Positions 18,364 to 25,922 of a stretch of 64,000 bases of DNA are shown in pieces. Position 1 is the stretch's first letter. The number at the start of each line of letters is the position of its first letter. Below the pieces are notes generated by a model that did not search any database, was not told the DNA's origin, and saw only the letters and a list, made by a program, of their open reading frames with translations. Both the position numbers and the translations under genes were made by a program. The DNA is taken from sequence record OP079919.1. One strand, written 5' to 3'.

Positions 18364-18795
18364 ATGACTGCAAAAACGGTTTATAAGTCGGGTTATCTCC
18401 CTATTCAACTCGAAGGTTGTTCTAAAGAACAACTTATCGATATCAACAACCAGCTTTTTAACAGGCTTAAAGAGCTCCGTAAAAACTACATCCCTGGTGA
18501 TTACGAAATCACTCTCATCACCGACATTCTGAAAGGCAAAGAACCCAAAAAGAATAGTTTCTTTTACAGTCTGACCTGCGTCAGGGATAACAGCTTGTTA
18601 GACCCCCCCATTTCAGAACTTAAAATCAAATTAAATTCTGTGGCAATTTTCCCTTACTCTTGGGTTATCAGGGGTCATAAGGCCAGAAACGATAAAGATC
18701 CCGAAATTAAAAGATTGAAGAAACACCTCTTTCGGATTTATAAACACAATCTTCATAAGCGGTCTAAATTCCATAAATTAAGGAAAGGTCAATGA
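18364..18795 (+). CDS. Hypothetical basic protein (143 aa)
   Basis: Coupled ORF with Lys/His-rich C-terminus. Confidence 0.65.
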   Translation: MTAKTVYKSGYLPIQLEGCSKEQLIDINNQLFNRLKELRKNYIPGDYEITLITDILKGKEPKKNSFFYSLTCVRDNSLLDPPISELKIKLNSVAIFPYSWVIRGHKARNDKDPEIKRLKKHLFRIYKHNLHKRSKFHKLRKGQ

Positions 18796-18938
18796 GATCT
18801 TTTACACAACCCTTTACGATACATCGATACCCTAGTGTCGATAAGTTCATAAGGGAACCCGGAAACAAATCTCTGCTGTTATTGAGTTTCTTCAACTTAG
18901 AGATCAAAATCAAGAACGCAGAGCTTAGGGGCCGTTAA
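18792..18938 (+). CDS. Possible small protein (48 aa), not in the ORF track
   Basis: ATGA overlap with the previous stop and AAGG upstream; MRSFTQPFTIHRYPSVDKFIREPGNKSLLLLSFFNLEIKIKNAELRGR. Confidence 0.45.
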   Translation: MRSFTQPFTIHRYPSVDKFIREPGNKSLLLLSFFNLEIKIKNAELRGR

Positions 18939-18957
18939 CAATCCATTTCCAGGAGAT

Positions 18958-19113
18958 GTGTTCTTTACTGAGGAAGTTGGTAACGATAAAATTCTCTTAG
19001 TTGTCCGGGTTAACCTCGGTACCGGGGAACGTTACTACCAACTCAATAATCTGGAATGGGTTGTTTGCACTAACTCTCTCACCGTGAGAGAACTCACTTT
19101 ACTTTTAGGATAA
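18958..19113 (+). CDS. Possible small protein (51 aa), not in the ORF track
   Basis: GTG closely after AGGAG; MFFTEEVGNDKILLVVRVNLGTGERYYQLNNLEWVVCTNSLTVRELTLLLG. Confidence 0.4.
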   Translation: MFFTEEVGNDKILLVVRVNLGTGERYYQLNNLEWVVCTNSLTVRELTLLLG

Positions 19114-19118
19114 TCATT

Positions 19119-19625
19119 ATGAACAATATTAAAGTTATCGGTCAAACAGAACAACGCGTCATCGACAAAGCACGCGCCTACAATAACCTCGTCAATGAAA
19201 CCGATTTCGGAGACGGTAAAATCAAAACGGTTCACGAAGCTATCGTTCAACGCCTGCTCTGTGAAGCAGAGCAGCTCGGTTTAGATATCGATCAAGAGCC
19301 GTTTGCTTCTCTGGGGAATCGCCAATTCACATTCTACCGCGTCCCGGAAGATGCTCATCTCATTCCATGGCACAATCATGTTTTCAACATCTGTCAAGTG
19401 GAAGACAAACTTCAGGCACGTGACGCTAAAATCGTCGCGATGACATTGAACGGGTTTGACTACCAGATCGAGGTTGATTCGGAACGAGGAACTCGTACCT
19501 ACTACCTTAACGGTCAACGTATTTGTGATTGCACCGGTACTCCGACGTTGCAAGATTTCAAAGATCTCTTCTCGGAAGAACGTCGTCGTTATTATCAGCA
19601 GTTAGAGAAGGCCCTACAGGGTTAG
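19119..19625 (+). CDS. Hypothetical protein (168 aa)
   Basis: AGGA RBS; phage-like codon usage. Confidence 0.75.
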   Translation: MNNIKVIGQTEQRVIDKARAYNNLVNETDFGDGKIKTVHEAIVQRLLCEAEQLGLDIDQEPFASLGNRQFTFYRVPEDAHLIPWHNHVFNICQVEDKLQARDAKIVAMTLNGFDYQIEVDSERGTRTYYLNGQRICDCTGTPTLQDFKDLFSEERRRYYQQLEKALQG

Positions 19626-19633
19626 GAGCGAAC

Positions 19634-20125
19634 ATGGATAAGAAAGGCCAAGGTTCTCTTTACGGCAAAATTATTTGTACCGGTTTCAATATCGATAAAA
19701 CTACAGAAGAAGGGTTTGATCTCCTCAGTCTCGTATGGGGAAGAACACCCGGTGAACTTTCGAACTCTGAAATACCTGGGGTGTATTTAGAGCCATTCTC
19801 GCTCAAAGTAGAGAGAGTGGAGCTGAAGATGGCCGAAGAAATATTCGGTGCCGGATGTACGGTAAACTATTCGGGTATAGCGGAAGATCACAAAAGCCAC
19901 GTTTATCATGTCCGAGCGGAGACCTATGGAAGGGGACACTGTCACTTCGGATTAATTTATAATCACGAAACTGAGAAACTCCATTTCATTGAACGCGGTG
20001 ATATTGACATCAAAGAAAGTGAGGGGCTTCAACACGCAACTATTGAAAAACTCATACTTTCTTACGACGTGGTAAAATTCGAAGGTAGTCCGCAAGAATA
20101 TATCGAGTTTATGAAAACTCGTTAA
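19634..20125 (+). CDS. Hypothetical protein (163 aa)
   Basis: AGGAG RBS before ATG 19634 (the track start 19529 overlaps the previous gene). Confidence 0.75.
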   Translation: MDKKGQGSLYGKIICTGFNIDKTTEEGFDLLSLVWGRTPGELSNSEIPGVYLEPFSLKVERVELKMAEEIFGAGCTVNYSGIAEDHKSHVYHVRAETYGRGHCHFGLIYNHETEKLHFIERGDIDIKESEGLQHATIEKLILSYDVVKFEGSPQEYIEFMKTR

Positions 20126-20132
20126 AACCAAC

Positions 20133-20167
20133 TATACTCTCCTCCCCTTATCGGGGAGGAGAGTATA
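20133..20167. terminator. Bidirectional terminator
   Basis: 15-bp perfect stem TATACTCTCCTCCCC/GGGGAGGAGAGTATA between convergent genes. Confidence 0.85.
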
Positions 20168-20182
20168 ACTTATTTTTTTTTC

Positions 20183-21673
20183 TTACTTGTACGCGTCTTT
20201 AGTCAGCGTTCGTAAAACGATATACAACATCAGACTCGTTCTTAATGAACTTACTGTAATTCGGGTTTTTATCCCCGTCAGTTGTCTGACAATGTCATCG
20301 CCTTCATCTCGCATCTTAAAGACACTTTGGTTTTGGCTACGGCTACTGAGATACGCACCCCGCATTCGACGTAAGACTTCTCTCAGGTCGTTAGCCCGAA
20401 TACCGTTTTCCGTTAAGTATTCGAACAGGTGGGTAGTAACTTCATCGACGAACTCTTTGTATTTAGTTCCCTTTGGCGAGTTATACTGATCGGGGAATAC
20501 CCGGATAATTCGCTCCAGTTTATCCCTGGGAGAGTTGTCAATGGCTTCCGCAGCGTAACCTACCAGCTCGTCCTTGTAAAATCCAGCAGAAGAACTGAGG
20601 ACATTTTGGATGTAGTTTTTATACTGAGTTACGTTCTTCGTCACCTCTCGTACGCTTACTCCGTCTTCCAGCGTGACCATCCCACCGTCCAATCTGACGA
20701 TATTGGTTTTCGATTTCACTTCATGGAAAACTTTGTTAATGTCGTTGATCACGCCTCTGAGTCGATCCTGGATATCACCGACCATGTAAATGATTTTCTT
20801 GTCATCATCCATGGTGGTAAACGTTTTATAATGGATCCCCGTTTTGGGATCTAAAATAAACTCAGCCCTGGCTCGGATTAACGCCATCCAACTACCGTAA
20901 CGTTTGATGTCATAACGCATGCTTAAACGGTTATAAGTTTCCATAGCGATCTCTTTCTTCGCCAGGTATTTATAATCGTTCGCCATAATACTCGTCAAAC
21001 ATTTGTAATGGTACATCGCTAAGATGTTAACCATCGCATTGTGTTTAACGCGGTCATGGAGATCGCTATGAAACGTCCGGTACAGCAGGTAAACGATGCT
21101 TAGGTTGAACACGTCACCGGTGACTTTCCAGGTCGCATTGATCAGTTTACAGGCGTGGAGGTTTTCTCGTAACTCTTCTTCGTCGACATCGAAGATTTCA
21201 GCGAACCAGCGGTTTCTGTCTTCTGATGTGAAAACGATTCGGTGGATACCTAAATAGGGATTACCAAAGAATTCCACGTACTGTTCGTTCTTGGTGGTAA
21301 ACCCAATGACGTACCGGGTCAGTCTATCGGCCCAACGGTTATCGATTTCTAAATCGTGTCCGAATGCGTTAAACACACCGAGTATCGCGTGATCGGTATT
21401 GAAATTGTAATTGGGTAGCAGAGCTTCAAAACCAGATATCCCAAATGTTTTTTGAAGGAGTTTCTCGATTCCCTTGTCGGGGGTAATCTCCTCGAACATT
21501 TTGACTTCGGGTTCGGTGTCGTACATCCCGTCTTCGACCAACATCGGATCTCCGCTTAAAATCCCGCTGGGATCAAATACCGGTAATCCAGAAAGCTTAT
21601 CGAACCATTGACGGTCGTCATTCTGAAAATAACTTTCAGAACCGTTGAGACGATCTGCGTATTGATTAAACAT
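20183..21673 (-). CDS. Conserved phiKZ-like hypothetical protein (496 aa)
   Basis: Long clean ORF after GGAG; function not recognised. Confidence 0.8.
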   Translation of the reverse strand: MFNQYADRLNGSESYFQNDDRQWFDKLSGLPVFDPSGILSGDPMLVEDGMYDTEPEVKMFEEITPDKGIEKLLQKTFGISGFEALLPNYNFNTDHAILGVFNAFGHDLEIDNRWADRLTRYVIGFTTKNEQYVEFFGNPYLGIHRIVFTSEDRNRWFAEIFDVDEEELRENLHACKLINATWKVTGDVFNLSIVYLLYRTFHSDLHDRVKHNAMVNILAMYHYKCLTSIMANDYKYLAKKEIAMETYNRLSMRYDIKRYGSWMALIRARAEFILDPKTGIHYKTFTTMDDDKKIIYMVGDIQDRLRGVINDINKVFHEVKSKTNIVRLDGGMVTLEDGVSVREVTKNVTQYKNYIQNVLSSSAGFYKDELVGYAAEAIDNSPRDKLERIIRVFPDQYNSPKGTKYKEFVDEVTTHLFEYLTENGIRANDLREVLRRMRGAYLSSRSQNQSVFKMRDEGDDIVRQLTGIKTRITVSSLRTSLMLYIVLRTLTKDAYK

Positions 21674-21681
21674 ATCGTCTC

Positions 21682-22527
21682 CTAGATCCGACTTGGGACA
21701 GCGTTTCTGATGGCGTTGTATCTCCGATCCGGGTCAGAATACGTCATGAGTTTTATCCAGCGAGTTTTAAACAATTCCTCGTACTGGTTAAGACTATCAC
21801 GGTACTCACTGATATCGTCACGGATAATATCAACCTGGACCCCAGAGCGGGCTACTCCTTCGTCGACTTTGTACCGAACTGTTTTCCAGATGTAGTTCTT
21901 GGTCATCAGGATAACTAAGTCGCCAAATACGTCGTAGGCTCTCGGATGTATCGTAGATAACCCATCGTCATAACTCAGGATAAGTTTACCTGTCAGGGAG
22001 AATACCCCACTCGGCGCGCCATGGATCACAAACGAGTTATTCCCGACGAGAGTTATATTCGTGAACGTCTGGGGGATTTCTCGGTTGGGTAACATCCCGT
22101 TGATCATGGAGTTCAATGCATCGTTGACAGTACCTACCCCGCATGAGTCAGCATTGCCAAGTACGCTCATGATTCCACTGGAGGAATTCATCGCCCCCTG
22201 GTAAACTTCCACAACCGAAATAATTTTCCGACCGCCCGTCAAGAAATCAGGGACGTTAACCAGCTGCATCCCTTGGCCGAGATGTTCAATCCGAGATCCG
22301 GTTAAATCAATCAGCTCTGTCACCCCACCCTGGACGTTGCACCGGGGTAGGATGATCGCATGTATAATTTTTTCTCGAATGCCTTGCTGAACGGTGGTCT
22401 GCGCGTACTGGTTATACCAGTTCCCGGTCAGATTCCCGTTAGGGTTCGAGAACGCAAGCTCCAACAGGTACTCGGGGATATCACTCCCGTTGAGAACTTT
22501 GTTGATCGCGTAGTCCACGCAGTTCAT
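21682..22527 (-). CDS. Probable virion structural protein (phiKZ-like conserved)
   Basis: MNCVDYAINKVL... start (alternative GTG 22542); position between terminase and phuZ as in related phages. Confidence 0.6.
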   Translation of the reverse strand: MNCVDYAINKVLNGSDIPEYLLELAFSNPNGNLTGNWYNQYAQTTVQQGIREKIIHAIILPRCNVQGGVTELIDLTGSRIEHLGQGMQLVNVPDFLTGGRKIISVVEVYQGAMNSSSGIMSVLGNADSCGVGTVNDALNSMINGMLPNREIPQTFTNITLVGNNSFVIHGAPSGVFSLTGKLILSYDDGLSTIHPRAYDVFGDLVILMTKNYIWKTVRYKVDEGVARSGVQVDIIRDDISEYRDSLNQYEELFKTRWIKLMTYSDPDRRYNAIRNAVPSRI

Positions 22528-22542
22528 AATCAACTCCCACAC

Positions 22543-23685
22543 TGAGTTTCGGGACTGGAGAAATTTCCGTCTCGATAAAAATTCAACTGAGAATTTTTAC
22601 TCTGGGGTTTTCGGCGGTTATAATATTTCACTGCGGGAATTTAAAAACTCAACGGGTTTACGATCCCGTATGTTTTTGAGTTTTATTTCCCGTATAAAAT
22701 ACTCCGTGCCGTAAGACAACACCCCACAGAAAAAACCTCGCCTTCGGAAAAATTCCTCGAAGGCGAGTTGCCATGATCTCACTCGAGCAAGAATCAATCC
22801 GACATACAATCCCAAACGGTCCGAAATTTTTTCTTCGGAATTTTGGTCATTGGTAAATTTTTACATACAAATCTATTTTATATTTGTATTTTTCGCGTGC
22901 GCGGATATTCCAAATTTTCAAAGATAATCTAAAACCGATTCCAATTCTGGGTTTTTATTTTTCTGTGTTTTGATTTTCCAAATCCAATTTTCAAAAATCT
23001 AAATCTAAAAAATCTAAAAAATTTAATACTCAAAAATCAATTTTTCCTAGGGGTCCTTATTACGCGTGCGTACGCCCGCACGCGTATAAAAAACAAATAT
23101 AATACTACGTATTATATTTTCCTTTGGTTTTATATTTTTAATTTATTAAAAATATATTAATATAAATTATTATATTTTTTATTAGTTTGTTTTTATAAAA
23201 AATATATAAATATATATTTATATATATTTATATTCATTAGGCGCGCGCCAGCGTGCGTGTGTGTACGTGCGCGCACGCGTAATAGAGAAGGGATGATAAA
23301 AATACAGGATTTAATCTGAGAAATTATCCAGAAAAAATCACACAGAGTAAAAAAATATTAACCGGAACGATTTTGAGAAGATTTAATACCCAACCTAGGA
23401 ATTCGTATCAGTCGGATGAAAAAGGGTTTTAGAAATCGATACAGGAAGTTTTAGAGGGTATTCCGATCGAGTTCTCAGGAAAGAATTATTCAGATTAAAA
23501 TATTTTAATCAGGGTAATTAATTTTTACAGTGAATTAAATTTATCGAGACGAGAAGATTTAATCGCAAAGTAATATCTTACGGAGAGTATAATCTTCTGA
23601 ACAGGACCGAGATCTCGAATAGCCAGATGGAAATTATCCATCCGTTCGAAAGTTAACCTGAAATATCCCTAAGAGGCCAAATCCT
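22543..23685. other. Large non-coding region between divergent genes; candidate replication origin or packaging-related site
   Basis: 1.14 kb without credible ORFs; ~155-nt core (23086-23240) with about 12 G/C; flanking inverted repeats, hairpins and direct repeats. Confidence 0.55.
23058..23284. repeat. 13-bp inverted repeat of alternating purine-pyrimidine DNA flanking the AT-rich core
   Basis: TATTACGCGTGCG (23058-23070) and CGCACGCGTAATA (23272-23284); internal hairpins 23061-23086 (10 bp) and 23095-23119 (11 bp); palindrome GGCGCGCGCC 23240-23249. Confidence 0.9.
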
Positions 23686-24420
23686 ATGCAACCAGCTAAC
23701 CCATGGAAAAACAACAAACACGTTAAATCACAAGATAACACCACCGCAGACCGGTACGAATCTCTTCTGCGTGAATTACCTGATGCGCTCAATGCGACTC
23801 CCAGAGACCCAGGTTACTTGATCGCTACCAAAAAGATTTTATTAGTACTGGAAATTCTCGAAGGAACTCGATTGTCAGTTCGTGACGTGATGGAAAACGA
23901 GAACCTGATTCGTAAAGTTCACGAGTTACTGGTGGAGTTGGGTTGGAAGCAAGCGATTAGCCGAGGGACTCAGGTTTTTGTTACTCACCAGGATTTAATT
24001 AAACCGGGTGTTTACCGATTGATTGATCTCGATGAAACCGCGATGGGTTACACCAAAGAGATCATGGATCATATTTTATTAGACCGTCGGTTCAGTGTTC
24101 GGGTGGACGGTAACGATATCCGGATTCTTCCTGGAGACCGTAGTGCGAGTAATCCGTTTAGTCTGCTGTCTGCTAACGTAGTAAGTAGCTGGCGTAAGGC
24201 GATACGGGAATACGATAAAACTGTTACCAGTAATCTTATTGGACATCTGACGGTTATCGGCGAAGATACGATGAGTTGCCCGCTCGATTTAAAACTCATC
24301 TTCGCCCTGCTGGATTACCTCGGCTGGCCGGAAATGTATTTAACCGGCGAACAGATCTTATTGAGTAACCCCATGGGTGATTATCAAACCCTCGAGGTGA
24401 ATTTTATCGATCCTGAGTAA
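23686..24420 (+). CDS. Hypothetical protein (244 aa)
   Basis: GAGG RBS; apparent internal duplication of an LLxxLGW...G(T/E)Q motif. Confidence 0.75.
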   Translation: MQPANPWKNNKHVKSQDNTTADRYESLLRELPDALNATPRDPGYLIATKKILLVLEILEGTRLSVRDVMENENLIRKVHELLVELGWKQAISRGTQVFVTHQDLIKPGVYRLIDLDETAMGYTKEIMDHILLDRRFSVRVDGNDIRILPGDRSASNPFSLLSANVVSSWRKAIREYDKTVTSNLIGHLTVIGEDTMSCPLDLKLIFALLDYLGWPEMYLTGEQILLSNPMGDYQTLEVNFIDPE

Positions 24421-24672
24421 TTCTCAACTACAGTCCGATGTTATTAGTAAAGATCTTTGGACTCCCTGTTGATTAACTAGCGACCCAACCTCATCTCTTT
24501 GAACCTCCTTACCACGAGCGAGATAACCAAAGTAGCTAGGGATTTTCAGGGGGTTCAATCCCCATTTTCGTTAATCTTATTAGACCCACTGTCCTAAGCC
24601 CATGAAGCCTTGAAATCTCTCCTGTAGCAGACAAAGTTTTCGTTCGGTGGGATAGATTAACGTTTTTATTCA

Positions 24673-24745
24673 CGTCGTATTATCTGATGAGTCTTCGACG
24701 CTAAACAAGACGAAACCTAATGAATCTATTTTATTAGGTCATAAT
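24673..24745 (+). ncRNA. Type I hammerhead ribozyme (self-cleaving after C24740)
   Basis: Stem I ATTAT(24679-83)/ATAAT(24741-45); core CTGATGA(24684-90); stem II GTCTT/AAGAC; GAAA(24712-15); stem III CCTAAT/ATTAGG; GTC cleavage triplet. Loop II CGACG is complementary to upstream CGTCG(24673-77), giving a pseudoknot. Confidence 0.93.
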
Positions 24746-25376
24746 TCAACCTAAGCGTTGAACGGGCAGTTAGGGGCAATGGTCCCCGAGGTCTTCAGCT
24801 TCTTCGCCTGCCCGCACTAAAAAGTTCTTTCATGATTAGGCGTGCCGCGCTCTACGAGCGGACAACAAGCAACCGAAAGTGGGAGAGAAAGAAGCGTGTC
24901 CGGTCGCTTGCCGGAAAGTTGGTTCAGGCGGGTTTCTTCCCAACCCAAACGACGCTGCCCAAGATAGGGCTGCAAGTCGTATTAGCGTATTATACCGGTA
25001 TGCGGGGTTTCTGCGATAAACCGGGTTAGCTACGGGTAAGAAACCGGCCGGAGTAATCAGCCTTTCGTATTCGGGTAACGTGAGTTATCGTAGAGATATC
25101 TCTGAGGGTTAGGCCAACCCCCGACGTTCTTCGAGTACGAAGGGAAGCTTGCTCAGCTTCGTAGAAACTCCAAAATCTCAGACGGTCACACCTCGCAATC
25201 TTACGGCAGTATGATTGCCTATTCGTCCTTTGTCGCTCACCAAGGGGCGAGTAGGAAACCTCTGCCACGGCGTTTCGATTGTTTGCCTTTGCCATAACCC
25301 TCCTGTATAGGTTGAGTGTTAACTTCCCCAAGAGTATAACCTGTTATCTCTCTCTTCGTGAGGAGTCGGAGATAAT
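24741..25376 (+). ncRNA. Putative large structured ncRNA (~580-635 nt) downstream of the hammerhead
   Basis: GC-richer stretch with no credible ORF, more than 12 stems, multiway junctions, GTGA (GNRA) tetraloops and a 10-bp end-to-end helix 24744-53/25308-17. Confidence 0.7.
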
Positions 25377-25400
25377 GGGATAAATTCTTAGGAGTTCGTT

Positions 25401-25589
25401 ATGTACACATACCAGTATACCGTGCGATACCGAATACCTAATTCTGTGTTTACGACTTACAGCGGAGAAATTACTTCTGACTGTTTGCTCAATAACGCTA
25501 ATCGCATTTTTGATGTCTTGCGTACTGAAGTTCTTAAAGCTGTTAACGTTAACTCGTTTAGCATTACGAACTTTAAGCTGAAAGAATAA
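25401..25589 (+). CDS. Small hypothetical protein (62 aa)
   Basis: AGGAG RBS at 25389-25393; lies between two structured RNA blocks. Confidence 0.7.
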   Translation: MYTYQYTVRYRIPNSVFTTYSGEITSDCLLNNANRIFDVLRTEVLKAVNVNSFSITNFKLKE

Positions 25590-25759
25590 GTCGAGCTACG
25601 CGCTCAACCTACCTTAGGGCCGGAAGTAGTTACGACTTAGGGGGAAAGAAGAGTCGTGCCTTTGAGTACCCCAACCCCATTCGTGTGGTGATCTTCCACA
25701 TCATCCCATGGATAATGCTGCATCATCATCATTAAAGTTCTACCATGAATTTTATTCCT

Positions 25760-25790
25760 TCCAGTAGGGTTCGTCCCTACTGGACTTTTT
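25760..25790 (+). terminator. Intrinsic terminator closing the RNA locus
   Basis: TCCAGTAGGG-TTCGT-CCCTACTGGA followed by CTTTTTT. Confidence 0.8.
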
Positions 25791-25922
25791 TCGCGTTTTA
25801 TTTATCGGCACATATAAGGTTATAGAGGAACTAGATTTTTTGAGTTCTAAATTATGGTAATGTAAAGCAAAAGATAATGCTTTCCATTCCAACTATCATA
25901 ATTTCTTTTAGGAGTTTCATCT

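Noticed and set aside
24520-24575. tRNA-like T-arm GGGGGTTCAATCCCC
   Set aside because: The loop is one nucleotide short, and no acceptor stem, anticodon arm or CCA can be built; not a tRNA or tmRNA end.
24591-24610. GTCCTAAGCCC resembling the twister ribozyme L4 signature
   Set aside because: The flanking P4 does not pair, and the P1-UAA-P2 and GA-T1 elements are not in the required order.
24733-24765. CCTAAGCGTTGA resembling the pistol ribozyme core
   Set aside because: The P1/linker/P2 spacing is too short and no GU cleavage strand is found; the overlap with hammerhead stem III explains the complementarity.
24993-25027. Hairpin resembling group II intron domain V
   Set aside because: No AGC/CGC triad, no GNRA loop, no GUGYG 5' end and no interrupted host gene.
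24832-25331. ORFs of 65 aa (+) and 101 aa (-) inside the structured block
   Set aside because: No convincing RBS and Arg-rich random-like composition; better explained by RNA structure, though translation is not excluded.
25670-25750. HDV-like arrangement on the minus strand (GG, hairpin, CGAATGGGG)
   Set aside because: L3 lacks the pyrimidines needed for P1.1 and P2 relies on several G-U pairs; judged over-fitting.
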